A stretch of 64,000 nt of DNA from an uncultured Candidatus Saccharibacteria bacterium. Its GTDB lineage: Bacteria > Patescibacteriota > Saccharimonadia > CAILAD01 > GCA-016700035. The stretch lies in NCBI GenBank assembly GCA_964583675.1, contig CAZOVH010000002.1, positions 2,602 through 66,601 of the forward strand, given 5' to 3'. Shown piece by piece: positions 1 through 9,219 of this stretch. The notes under the pieces are model-generated. The model was not told the DNA's origin. It searched no databases and worked only from the letters and a program-made list of their open reading frames with translations. Each line of letters opens with the position of its first letter. The stretch's first letter is position 1. Made by a program: the position numbers and the translations under genes.

Positions 1-128
1 ATGATGCTTTCCAGCTCGGCAAAAAAATTGATGAACACAACCAAATGGTAGCTGAGCAGTGAGTAGTTAAGGATTGATCAATTCGAATAAGAGTAATATC
101 ATAACAGGAATAAGCAAGGTGAGGACCA

Positions 129-329
129 ATGAAAGACTATAAGGCAAATAAAAGAGTATGGGGAAGGATGTTTCTAGCCTTCTTGATAGTTCATATAATT
201 TTGCTATTTGGATTCAAAATTAGCACTGGAATTACTGAACTTATGATAATTATTAGCGGTATTATGTGGGCTATCAACGCTGTAAAAGCGAAAAGTAGTG
301 AAAAGCGGCAGTCAAATACTAAGGCCTAA
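129..329 (+). CDS. small two-TM membrane protein (element cargo)
   Basis: 66-aa ORF, GAGG-like RBS upstream, two hydrophobic segments, AT-rich. Confidence 0.6.
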   Translation: MKDYKANKRVWGRMFLAFLIVHIILLFGFKISTGITELMIIISGIMWAINAVKAKSSEKRQSNTKA

Positions 330-359
330 AATTACTATACAGATGAATATGGGCTGTTC

Positions 360-956
360 TTAACTGCAATTTGCCTTTGCGATATTCGCATTCTTTGTAG
401 CTAGAAGTTGGGCGAGATTATTCTGATGTGTGGAATTTTCATATCCTTCTTCGTTTGCCCTATAACTCGAATCGCATAAGCCCCTACCACAATAGTATCC
501 TGCGATCCTTTGCATTTCTTTTTCATGGCGCGCATTTTCTTGTGCAACTGCTGCATTATAGCTATCAATATATGCTTGCTTTAAAGCCTCATTACAGCTT
601 GGGCCACTATTTGAAGCGCTAGATGAAGGAACCTGACTCTGGGTTGTGCTCTTTGGCGAGTTATTCTTATTTGTTTGAGGAGAAGATGCTGCTGGGCTGG
701 GACTTTCAGAGTTACTGGCGGTGGTGCTAGGAGATGCCAGGGGTGAAGCTGTGGTAGATTGTGAGGTTTCTACGGGTGTCGGCTTGTCATTATTTTTTGT
801 GGCGACTTTATTTGCATAGGCAAATCCTCCGATAGCGATAGCTATACCTAGTGTCAAGCCAACTAGCAGTTGAGCTTGTCCTTTGACTGCGGATAGGACC
901 TTAGCTTTCTTGCCGGCACTGTCAGGTTTTTGGACCGGTAGCTTATTCTCATTCAT
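360..956 (-). CDS. membrane-anchored Ser/Thr/Pro-rich hypothetical protein with Cys-containing C-terminal domain
   Basis: Single N-terminal TM, low-complexity S/T/P linker, 4 Cys in C-terminal helical part. Confidence 0.7.
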   Translation of the reverse strand: MNENKLPVQKPDSAGKKAKVLSAVKGQAQLLVGLTLGIAIAIGGFAYANKVATKNNDKPTPVETSQSTTASPLASPSTTASNSESPSPAASSPQTNKNNSPKSTTQSQVPSSSASNSGPSCNEALKQAYIDSYNAAVAQENARHEKEMQRIAGYYCGRGLCDSSYRANEEGYENSTHQNNLAQLLATKNANIAKANCS

Positions 957-963
957 ACACTAA

Positions 964-1308
964 TTATACATCAGCACTTGAACTCATACCTCCCAGAATT
1001 GGGAGAGGTATGATCTCCGTAACCGACTCATGCTTTTTTGGATATCCATACTTCATAAGTAGCTCTATAGCCCTCAAATCGCCATTGATTGCCTTGATAA
1101 CTACAGCTGACAATACTGCCTTCATAGGTGAACCTTCAAATAGCTGGCCATTCCTTAGATTACAGCTAAATGCCTCATCCTCAAGTAAGTTGGTGATATG
1201 TGTTGAGATATGGACCGTGCCCTTAGGTTTGCCATTAGGATTACCTGATACACCTGGTTGCCATTGAGTCTTAACGAGATGACTTGTTGTTGGTTGTGGG
1301 TTTGCCAT
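964..1308 (-). CDS. DUF5681-like protein (phage/terminase-small-subunit-associated motif)
   Basis: QWQPGVSGNPNGKPKG matches the F/WxPGxSGNPxGRPKG motif. Confidence 0.7.
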   Translation of the reverse strand: MANPQPTTSHLVKTQWQPGVSGNPNGKPKGTVHISTHITNLLEDEAFSCNLRNGQLFEGSPMKAVLSAVVIKAINGDLRAIELLMKYGYPKKHESVTEIIPLPILGGMSSSADV

Positions 1309-1441
1309 TGCGTGATATATGCCTGTTATTTATGTTCCTATTACTGTGGGGGAATAATGTAACAGGTTATTTACTCTAGAGAAGTTAATTAGAGTTTGAA
1401 TATCCCGTAAGATATAGTTCCAATTCGAAATAGTTTGGTTC

Positions 1442-1770
1442 ACCAATGTAAGGCGCCGACTATAGTGTCGGCGTTTTGCATTGGTTGCTCTCGTAGAGAG
1501 CCAGAACTCCGAAGGAGTTCGCTAAAGTCTCATACGAGATTTTATACAAAGTATTCTCCGTGGGATCACCATGAAAAACGTCCAAGCTCGTCTTGGGCTT
1601 TTTTCATGGTAGTTTTCTCGTGAAAACTGGACTCCGCAGGAGTTCGATAGATCAGTCCACGCACAGGAACTTGTTCCGAGCATGGCCGCAATCTGCACTC
1701 AGTATTCTCCGTGAGATCACCCATGTAAGCGCCGGAAATTAATTCCGACTCTCACATCGGAGAATACTTA
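1442..1770. repeat. two palindromic tRNA-3'-end-derived repeat units separated by hairpins
   Basis: ACTCCGmAGGAGTTCG twice; GTATTCTCCGTGrGATCACC at 1551 and 1702; inverted CGGAGAATAC at about 1758; hairpins 1442-1485 and 1568-1610. Confidence 0.8.
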
Positions 1771-1793
1771 ATTAAATGAAAAAGACCCCGGTG

Positions 1794-1815
1794 CCGGACC
1801 CCCGAAGGGGTCCGG
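1794..1815 (-). terminator. GC-rich hairpin terminator of the 1832-2158 gene
   Basis: CCGGACCCC-CGAA-GGGGTCCGG (UUCG loop on minus strand) with T-run further downstream on minus. Confidence 0.6.
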
Positions 1816-1831
1816 TCCGTTGGTCGTGGCG

Positions 1832-2158
1832 TCAGCCGAGGCGGCGTTCGCCGTTGACGCTCACAAAGCGGATGTCACCTGAGTGACCTCCGTTCACACC
1901 GATCCGCTCTCCCAACTGGAAGATGCGATCGACGCGAGTGCTCATCACATCGGCGGTGATCTGGCCGAACTTGCGGCTGTTGGTCATCACCGAGACGCCG
2001 ATGATCTGCGACTCGGTCGCCCGGCGCCCCTTGGCGAGGACGAATGTCCAACGCGAGCTCTTGGTGCTGACGGTGATGACATCCCCGTCCTCGAGCGTGC
2101 CGAGGTCGAGCATGGTTGCATTCCGGTTGCCCGGAGCCATGGATGTTTGGGTACTCAT
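1832..2158 (-). CDS. hypothetical protein (GC-rich orphan, beta-rich)
   Basis: 108-aa ORF, AAGGAG RBS, consensus promoter upstream, terminator downstream. Confidence 0.75.
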   Translation of the reverse strand: MSTQTSMAPGNRNATMLDLGTLEDGDVITVSTKSSRWTFVLAKGRRATESQIIGVSVMTNSRKFGQITADVMSTRVDRIFQLGERIGVNGGHSGDIRFVSVNGERRLG

Positions 2159-2228
2159 TGGAGCTCCTTGTCCAATATAATACCGATCGGATCGGTATCT
2201 ACCTCTGCCGTGTGCAAAGATAAGTGTT

Positions 2229-2257
2229 ATTATAGCACTATTATAGATTTATGTCAA
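2229..2257 (-). promoter_or_regulatory. perfect sigma70 consensus promoter
   Basis: TTGACA-17 nt-TATAAT on minus strand. Confidence 0.85.
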
Positions 2258-2341
2258 TCATTATATAATTGCCAAATCTATATTTTTATGATTAAATATG
2301 CAGTATTCAATCTCGACAGACGGAGAAGCACCTTGTACGCG

Positions 2342-2701
2342 ATGCATGATGAAGTCGAACTCTTGGTGGTGGTGATGGATTCCACGGCACCGGAAGAGAT
2401 GGTCGAAAAGATGCTCTGTGAATTCAGGTTCGTTCGAAAAATCGACATCACAAAGATCCTGGAGAAAGTCGAGAAGAAGCTCCTTCCGCAACTTGAGCGG
2501 GGGAGAGTTGGCCTCCTAACCCAGATTCAACTCAGCATCGCCATGAGGAAGGCAGTGCACCAGACGACCGGCTTCATACAGGACGTTGGCGAGAAAACAC
2601 GCGTAATCGTCATTGCGCCGCCCTACATCGACCGAATGAGTCTTGGGGTGAACCTCACAATGACGTGCAAGAAACACATAACGGTGATTGGCAAGAGCTA
2701 A
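2342..2701 (+). CDS. hypothetical protein (GC-rich orphan)
   Basis: 3' part of the 1883-2701 ORF; start chosen after the AT-rich promoter region; hairpin plus T-run after the stop. Confidence 0.6.
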   Translation: MHDEVELLVVVMDSTAPEEMVEKMLCEFRFVRKIDITKILEKVEKKLLPQLERGRVGLLTQIQLSIAMRKAVHQTTGFIQDVGEKTRVIVIAPPYIDRMSLGVNLTMTCKKHITVIGKS

Positions 2702-2731
2702 TGATCACCCCGGCTTTTACCAGCCGGCTTT

Positions 2732-3610
2732 TTATTTACTAGCAGCTTTTACGCACTTTGCGCAGGTCGCTGTGTCGGCACAGTTCTCACACACCAACAC
2801 TAAATCGTTACAGCTCACGTTATCGCAGTTAATGTAACGACTGGTTTTGTCACCGCAGTGACTACATTCACCAATATCGACAGACTTATCGCTAAAACGT
2901 TGTTCCATACGACCGTCAAAAATGTAAAGTGAACCTTCCCAGGCGCCCTCATCACCGTATTTTTCACCGTATTTTACAATACCGCCATCAATTTGATATA
3001 CCTCATTGAAACCACGATTTTTCATGAGTGCTGAAAGAATTTCGCAACGCACGCCACCTGTGCAATAGGTGACAACTGGTTTATCCTTAAGCTCATCATA
3101 CTTATTTGACTCAATTTCTTTAACAAAATCGTGCGTGGTGCGAGTCTTTGGCACAACAGCGTCGCGAAACCGACCAACCGCTGCTTCATACGCATTGCGG
3201 CCATCAAAAAAGACCACGTCATCGCCACGCTCCTCGAGCAACTTATGCAGCGCCTCGGGCTTGAGATGCTTGCCACTACCAATAACACCTTGCGCGTCCA
3301 CCTGAACTTCCTCAGGCACGCCAAAAGCCACCAGCTCTGACTTTACCTTCACGCTAAGACGAGGGAACTCATTACCGCCACCCTCACTCCATTTGTACGT
3401 AATGCCACGAAATATCGCTGAGCGGTTCATCTCGCGCTTGTATTCTTTGAGGTTCTCTAAATCTCCGCCGAGAGTACCGTTGATGCCATGCTTACTCACG
3501 ATAATTCGACCCTTAAGGTTCAAACGACGACACAGCTCACGCTGCCAACGCATCGCCATCGTTGGGTCTTGAACCGGCACAAATTTATAGTAAAGTATGA
3601 CTTTTTTCAT
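2732..3610 (-). CDS. trhO: rhodanese-domain tRNA uridine(34) hydroxylase (YceA/TrhO family)
   Basis: ILYYKF start, GINGT, YCTGGVRCE, GGIVKY, WEGSLYIFDGR, C-terminal Cys cluster. Confidence 0.9.
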   Translation of the reverse strand: MKKVILYYKFVPVQDPTMAMRWQRELCRRLNLKGRIIVSKHGINGTLGGDLENLKEYKREMNRSAIFRGITYKWSEGGGNEFPRLSVKVKSELVAFGVPEEVQVDAQGVIGSGKHLKPEALHKLLEERGDDVVFFDGRNAYEAAVGRFRDAVVPKTRTTHDFVKEIESNKYDELKDKPVVTYCTGGVRCEILSALMKNRGFNEVYQIDGGIVKYGEKYGDEGAWEGSLYIFDGRMEQRFSDKSVDIGECSHCGDKTSRYINCDNVSCNDLVLVCENCADTATCAKCVKAASK

Positions 3611-3651
3611 CGAGCTCACATTATAGCTCAAAAACCTGCTAGGATACAGAT

Positions 3652-4353
3652 ATGATACGCGTTCGCAAAGCATCCGAACGAGGCCAGTTCGACCACGGTT
3701 GGCTAAAAACCGCGCACACCTTCTCGTTTGCGGGCTACTATGACCCACGCCACATGGGCTTTTCCGCATTGCGAGTGATTAACGAAGACCATATCGCTGG
3801 CGATGGTGGCTTTCCGACGCACGGACATCGGGATATGGAGATCATAACTTATATCATGAAAGGCGAGTTGGCGCACAAAGACAGTATCGGTAACGAGGCC
3901 ACAATTAAGGCTGGCGAAGTACAGTACATGACAGCTGGGAGCGGTGTGATGCACAGCGAATACAACACCTCTAAAACCGAGCCGGTACACTTACTGCAAA
4001 TCTGGCTGGAAGCCGACCAACCAAATCGAAAACCTGGCTATGTTCAAAAAGAATTCTCTCGAGAAGAAAAGCTCAACAAACTTTGCCCGATTGCAACACC
4101 AGCCGGAGAGACGGGCAGTATGCAAGTACACCAGTCTGTTTCGCTTTATGCTTCGGTGCTGGAATCAACGAAAAAAATTAGCTATACATCATCTAGTGAT
4201 CGCTGCCAGTGGGTACAAGTGATCAGTGGAGAGGTGAGCGTTAACGGCTCAAAGCTACTAGCGGGCGACGGGGCAGCTATTACTGAAGAGACAAAAATTA
4301 CGCTATCAGCCAGAAAAGATGCTGAATTTCTACTCTTTGATTTGCCTCAATAA
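3652..4353 (+). CDS. pirin family protein (YhhW-like)
   Basis: GWLKTAHTFSFAGYYDP, GFPTHGHRDMEIITY, MTAGSGVMHSE, LLQIW. Confidence 0.95.
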   Translation: MIRVRKASERGQFDHGWLKTAHTFSFAGYYDPRHMGFSALRVINEDHIAGDGGFPTHGHRDMEIITYIMKGELAHKDSIGNEATIKAGEVQYMTAGSGVMHSEYNTSKTEPVHLLQIWLEADQPNRKPGYVQKEFSREEKLNKLCPIATPAGETGSMQVHQSVSLYASVLESTKKISYTSSSDRCQWVQVISGEVSVNGSKLLAGDGAAITEETKITLSARKDAEFLLFDLPQ

Positions 4354-4386
4354 AAAATGGCCACTCCAGGTGAGTGACCATGAACT

Positions 4387-4953
4387 CTAGTCGGAGCTCG
4401 GGTGGGGGAACCGACAATGCCAACCAAAGGCATCATGGATGCGTTCGATATTCCGGTCTACCACGCTCGATGAGAACCCACGCTCTGTCCAGCTCTGAAT
4501 GCAGGCATTCGCGGCAACCTGACACAGCAGACTGCCGTCCTCAACCCTAAGGGAGAGCACGCCAATCGCGTCTAGAAAAACAGCGTCGGCCAACTCTGTG
4601 ACGAGTGTCTCTTGCGCCTGTTTCCACGCACGCATACTATCAAGCCGCGATCCACTGATCCCTTCAGGAGAGAAGGCTTGCTGGATATGCTCAAGCATTT
4701 TGCGCCGCAACATTGGAATTCCGTGCAGGATGCACAATTCTGCCATCAAATAGCAGGTACTGCAGAGCTGAGTAGTGTCGTGTCGTGCCAGTTCGGTCTC
4801 TGGTACTCGTCGATGGAACCAGTTTCGCCAACCCGTACTCCCGAACGCTACAAGATGCGCATCGAAATCTGGATACTGCTCCCTGGGGTATTTCTCTTCC
4901 AGCTGTGCCCGGGCGGCATGCGGCGTTATCAAAGTGCTCTCGGTCTGAGTCAT
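4387..4953 (-). CDS. hypothetical protein (GC-rich orphan)
   Basis: 188-aa ORF, GGAG RBS, TTGACA-17-CAAAAT promoter at 4983-5011 on minus. Confidence 0.7.
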   Translation of the reverse strand: MTQTESTLITPHAARAQLEEKYPREQYPDFDAHLVAFGSTGWRNWFHRRVPETELARHDTTQLCSTCYLMAELCILHGIPMLRRKMLEHIQQAFSPEGISGSRLDSMRAWKQAQETLVTELADAVFLDAIGVLSLRVEDGSLLCQVAANACIQSWTERGFSSSVVDRNIERIHDAFGWHCRFPHPSSD

Positions 4954-5015
4954 CGCTTACTCCATTGGTCGAGTTGACAGCTATTTTGCTATATAATTGT
5001 AAATTTGTCAATTAT

Positions 5016-5678
5016 TTAGTCGACGTCTGTCATCTCGCGCAATTTCGCCAAATTTATTTCAAACCCAGATTTGTGGTTACGAAATAGGCCAGATTTTGCA
5101 GGCTTGAGTACGCCACGCTTAGTCAGCTGACGCACCTGAACCGTCATTGTCTCGCGAGTGGTTCCAACCATACTGGCAAGCTGGGCGTGCGAAAGTGTGA
5201 AGGGGAGCGTAACTGTGCCCTCGGAAAGCTCCTGTCCGAAGCGCTGCACCAAAAGGGCGAGCATATTTATTAATTTCACATCCGCCTTGGCCTGCAAAAT
5301 ATTATCGAGCGTCTGTGCTAGCTCATCATTGCGCGTCATAAGGTAGCGCACCAAGCCGAAGAGCGCGGCCGAATCTTTTTCTAACTGCTTCTCGAGCGAT
5401 TTTGCTTCTAAGATTCGCACTTTGCCATCAGTCATAGCTTCGTAATAATACCTGTGGGTAACATCATTAAATAACGCGGCCTCCAAATTCATCACATCGC
5501 CAGGCCCAAGGATGGTAATCAATTTCTCATCACCATCGTCGGCAATGGTGTAGGTCTTCACAAAACCATCAGTAATAAAGAGAACATCCTCACCGGCTTC
5601 GCCCTGATGCAGCAGAACATCAGTACGTTTGTATTCTTGCTCGGGCTGATTCATAAAAAACGCGCGCATGTGCTTCAT
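5016..5678 (-). CDS. Crp/Fnr family transcriptional regulator
   Basis: cNMP-binding barrel (GFVKTY..DGDEKLI..LGPGD) and HTH LSHAQLASMVGTTRETMT. Confidence 0.93.
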   Translation of the reverse strand: MKHMRAFFMNQPEQEYKRTDVLLHQGEAGEDVLFITDGFVKTYTIADDGDEKLITILGPGDVMNLEAALFNDVTHRYYYEAMTDGKVRILEAKSLEKQLEKDSAALFGLVRYLMTRNDELAQTLDNILQAKADVKLINMLALLVQRFGQELSEGTVTLPFTLSHAQLASMVGTTRETMTVQVRQLTKRGVLKPAKSGLFRNHKSGFEINLAKLREMTDVD

Positions 5679-5749
5679 GCCATGATTATCTCATTAAATG
5701 CCCTCTGGACGCTAGGCAAACACGAAAATTAGCCGTACAATTAAATCCT

Positions 5750-7537
5750 ATGAACGAACTTATTAAAATCCTCAAATTCTCCTCAAAACTCAAATGGTAC
5801 TACGCTGGCATCGCAATTTTGGTGGTAGTACTTGCTTTACTCAACCTCGTTGTTCCGTTTCTTACCAAGAACCTTGTGGACCTCATCACATCGTACTCGC
5901 AAGGAAACCCTGTTTCTTTCACCCAAGCACTTCCAGCTCTCAGTCTAATGCTCATAGCTTCACTCGTTGTAGCGCTACTTTCAAATGTGAATGGCTATCT
6001 GGGCGATATTATGTCGCAAAAGCTCAACACGCATCTTTCAACCAAGTACTACGAACACCTCATGAACTTGCCAATCGAATATTATGACTCTGAGCAAACA
6101 GGAAAAATCACCTCTCGCTTGGAGCGCTCAATTTCGAGCTTGTCACAACTTATGAATGCATTGGCAAACAATTTTGTGCAGTTCTTCCTTACTACTATCG
6201 TTACCCTAGTGGCGATCGCGATTTACTCATGGCCGGTTGCCTTACTGCTAGTCGTAATTTTTCCTACATATATCTGGATTACACATCTTTCAAGCGCTGC
6301 TTGGCAGAAAAAACAAGGCGACATCAATAAAACGCTCGATATCGCCAATGGCAGATTCGTTGAATCGATAGGGCAAGTGCGCGTAGTTAAGTCCTTTGTG
6401 CGCGAGATAGGCGAACTTGCCGACTTCCGCAGACGTCGCCAAAAGATCGAGTCTGTATCTCGCGAACAGTCCCGCGAGTGGCACGCCTATGACTTGGTGC
6501 GCCGGTTGGTATTGGGCGTAGTCTTTTTTGCTATTTTCGCCGTCATAGTCTGGCAGGCGCTCGAAGGTCAGTATTCAGTCGGTACCGCGGTCTTGCTTAT
6601 TACGCTAGCAAATCAAGCCCAATTCCCACTGTTTGGCTCCAGCTTTATTATTGAGGGTATCCAGCGAGCTCAAGCAGACAGTAAGGACTACTTTAAGGTA
6701 ATGGAGAAAAAGCCAACTATTCTCGATGAACCAGACGCAAAGACACTCAAGATCGACGGCGGAGAGGTGCGCTTTGAACACGTTTCGTTTGGCTATGAAA
6801 ACGGCAGCCAAGTCCTCAACGACGTGAGTTTTACTATTCCAGCCCATAGCAAAATTGCGCTTGTTGGTGAATCTGGAGAAGGTAAGTCTACCCTCGCGAA
6901 TCTCATTGTGCGCTTTTACGAAGCCAATGCTGGGACCATCACTATCGACGGCACACCAATCACCGATGTAACCCAAGCCAGCCTGCGCAAGGGGATAGGT
7001 ATTGTGTTCCAGGACCCTTCACTATTTTCTGGGACTATCGAAGACAATATTACCTACGGACTCAACCGTCGATACACACAAGAAGAGCTAGGAGAAGCCG
7101 CCAAGCTTGCGAATGCTGCAGATTTTATCGCCAAGCTAGAAAAAGGCTACAAAACCCAAGTGGGCGAGCGAGGCATTAAACTCTCTGGTGGCCAAAAACA
7201 ACGCATTATTATCGCCCGCGCCCTGCTGAAGAATCCTCCAATCCTGATACTAGACGAAGCTACCAGCTCGCTAGATGCTAAAGCCGAATCACAAGTGCAG
7301 CAAGCTCTGGAGCGTCTGATGAAGGGGCGTACCACTATCATTATCGCGCACCGACTGAGTACGATCTCGCACGTCGACATGATTATTGGTTTGCGCGGCG
7401 GCAAAATTGCCGAATCAGGCAGTCCCGATGAGCTGGCACACAAAAAGGGTGGTATTTACGCAGAGCTCTTGGAGCTCCAGACAGCTGGCGCCAAAGTAGC
7501 CAAGAAGAAGCTACAAAAATTTGATATCGCTGCCTAG
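5750..7537 (+). CDS. ABC transporter permease/ATP-binding fusion (MsbA/MdlB-like)
   Basis: N-terminal TM domain, GESGEGKS, LSGGQKQR, ILILDEATS. Confidence 0.95.
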   Translation: MNELIKILKFSSKLKWYYAGIAILVVVLALLNLVVPFLTKNLVDLITSYSQGNPVSFTQALPALSLMLIASLVVALLSNVNGYLGDIMSQKLNTHLSTKYYEHLMNLPIEYYDSEQTGKITSRLERSISSLSQLMNALANNFVQFFLTTIVTLVAIAIYSWPVALLLVVIFPTYIWITHLSSAAWQKKQGDINKTLDIANGRFVESIGQVRVVKSFVREIGELADFRRRRQKIESVSREQSREWHAYDLVRRLVLGVVFFAIFAVIVWQALEGQYSVGTAVLLITLANQAQFPLFGSSFIIEGIQRAQADSKDYFKVMEKKPTILDEPDAKTLKIDGGEVRFEHVSFGYENGSQVLNDVSFTIPAHSKIALVGESGEGKSTLANLIVRFYEANAGTITIDGTPITDVTQASLRKGIGIVFQDPSLFSGTIEDNITYGLNRRYTQEELGEAAKLANAADFIAKLEKGYKTQVGERGIKLSGGQKQRIIIARALLKNPPILILDEATSSLDAKAESQVQQALERLMKGRTTIIIAHRLSTISHVDMIIGLRGGKIAESGSPDELAHKKGGIYAELLELQTAGAKVAKKKLQKFDIAA

Positions 7538-7613
7538 CATAAGTACTTTGAGATTGTCTGAAATTAGGTCTACAATACTACTAGACAATAACTAAGTGTA
7601 GGAGAATCTCATT

Positions 7614-8081
7614 ATGGCAAAAGCCAAATCCAGCGACCTAATTTCTTTGCTGGAACCTTATTTCACCAAACAAGCACCATTCCAGATACCAAAAAAGTGG
7701 CGTGAGAATCTCGTCAATTGGATCCCGTGGATCAATCTCGTAATTGGAATTCTGCTCTTGCCAGCAGTTTTAGTGGTGGTCGGACTCGGCACCATTGTTG
7801 GCGTTGTAGCCCCAACCGTTGGAGTAAGTACAGGATTGTTCTACTGGTTTGGCATTATTCTCGCCGCTGCTACAATTGCACTACTCTTTGTTACATTCCC
7901 GGGCTTGCGAGCTCGTAAACTTGCAGCTTGGAAACTTGTTTTTTGGGCAGACATCATCTACTTCTTCTACGGTATCGTATCGGCGGTTTCCACTGGAGAT
8001 CTCATGGGGATCGTTACGCAGTTTATCGGCACCGCCGCTGGGCTCTATGTGCTCTTCCAAATTAAGAGCTACTACAAATAA
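7614..8081 (+). CDS. 4-TM membrane protein
   Basis: 155 aa, four hydrophobic segments, AGGAG RBS, terminator hairpin 8104-8129. Confidence 0.8.
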   Translation: MAKAKSSDLISLLEPYFTKQAPFQIPKKWRENLVNWIPWINLVIGILLLPAVLVVVGLGTIVGVVAPTVGVSTGLFYWFGIILAAATIALLFVTFPGLRARKLAAWKLVFWADIIYFFYGIVSAVSTGDLMGIVTQFIGTAAGLYVLFQIKSYYK

Positions 8082-8148
8082 TATTGGGCGTCCAAACAAT
8101 ACAGCACCCCACGACAAACGGGGTGTTTTATTGTAAAATAGCTCGGTT

Positions 8149-9219
8149 ATGAAAAAAGTCCTTAAAACTAACCACGGAGACGTGCAGTTGCCCGCATTTT
8201 TTCCAGATGCAACGCGGGCAACCATTAAGTCAGTGGATACACAGGCTGTACTGGCTACCCACACGCCTGGTATGGTCATGAACACGTATCACCTAGCTAA
8301 TCTCGGTCTTGTCGATATCATCTCCAAACAGGGCGGGCTACACACTTTTACTGGCTGGAACCGTCCTATCATCACCGACTCTGGTGGCTTTCAAGCCATG
8401 AGCCTGGTGCGCGAATTTAATACCGGCGGCCGCTTTACTGAGGACGGGGTGATTTTTCAGGATGCTGCTGGTAACAAATTGGAACTGACCCCTGAGAGCT
8501 GCATCGACTACCAACTCAAGCTTGGTAGCGACATCATTATGATTTTAGATGATTGTACAAAGCCGGATATGCCGATGCCCGAACAACTCAAAAGCGTGGA
8601 GCGAACCATCCGCTGGGCGAAGCGGGCTCGCATCCACTTTGATAAGGCTACAAAAAACATGCAAGCGAAGCCTCTTCTCTTTAGTATTGTGCAGGGTGGG
8701 GCAGACAGAGAGCTACGCCGCACCTGTGCTGTAGAGCTTACAAAGCTAGGTTTTGACGGGTACGCCTTTGGTGGATTTCCAATAAATGAGGCAGGCGAGT
8801 TACAGATTGAGACCATGCAGGCAGTAGTAGACGATACACCAGCCGAGGCATTCAAATACGCCATGGGTGTTGGTACACCCGATCAAATTGTTAAAAGTGT
8901 GGCCATGGGCTACGACTTGTTTGACGTAGTTATTCCAACCCGAGAAGCACGTCATCGCAAACTGTTTGTGTGGAAAGGTAAGCCTGAAGATTTAGATCTC
9001 AATGGTGATTTTTATTCGAGCATTACCATGAAGAATCTGGCTCTCCAAGAAGACTCAGGTCCTATTGATCCTCACTGTGACTGCCACACCTGCCAAAACT
9101 ACTCTCGTGCCTACGTGCATGCCCTATTCCGCGCCGACCAATCCGTTGCCGGACAGCTGGCATCGATTCACAACCTACGCTTCTACTCGAAACTTATGGA
9201 AGCCCAACAAGCCTTATGA
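8149..9219 (+). CDS. tgt: queuine tRNA-ribosyltransferase
   Basis: NTYHL, TDSGGFQ, LDDCT, IVQGG, MGVG, Zn site CDCHTC...HNL. Confidence 0.93.
   Translation: MKKVLKTNHGDVQLPAFFPDATRATIKSVDTQAVLATHTPGMVMNTYHLANLGLVDIISKQGGLHTFTGWNRPIITDSGGFQAMSLVREFNTGGRFTEDGVIFQDAAGNKLELTPESCIDYQLKLGSDIIMILDDCTKPDMPMPEQLKSVERTIRWAKRARIHFDKATKNMQAKPLLFSIVQGGADRELRRTCAVELTKLGFDGYAFGGFPINEAGELQIETMQAVVDDTPAEAFKYAMGVGTPDQIVKSVAMGYDLFDVVIPTREARHRKLFVWKGKPEDLDLNGDFYSSITMKNLALQEDSGPIDPHCDCHTCQNYSRAYVHALFRADQSVAGQLASIHNLRFYSKLMEAQQAL

Larger units (their letters stand above)
1..1445. mobile_element. right-hand end of a tRNA-integrated element (rest is outside the window)
   Basis: AT-rich orphan cargo and DUF5681 gene ending at a tRNA-like TCACCA (1440-1445), followed by a terminator-like hairpin and tRNA-tail repeats. 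Confidence 0.55.

Noticed and set aside
1487-1571. Intact or intron-containing tRNA gene
   Set aside because: No D-arm, anticodon arm or 5' acceptor strand; only 3' halves are present.
1442-1770. CRISPR array
   Set aside because: Only two degenerate units with unequal spacing, repeats resemble tRNA tails, and there are no cas genes in the window.
1883-2341. 5' extension of the 272-aa ORF
   Set aside because: It overlaps the minus-strand gene and crosses the AT-rich divergent promoter region; likely a shadow frame.
3611-3769. N-terminal extension of trhO
   Set aside because: It overlaps the divergent pirin gene; the family-typical start is MKKVILYY at 3610.
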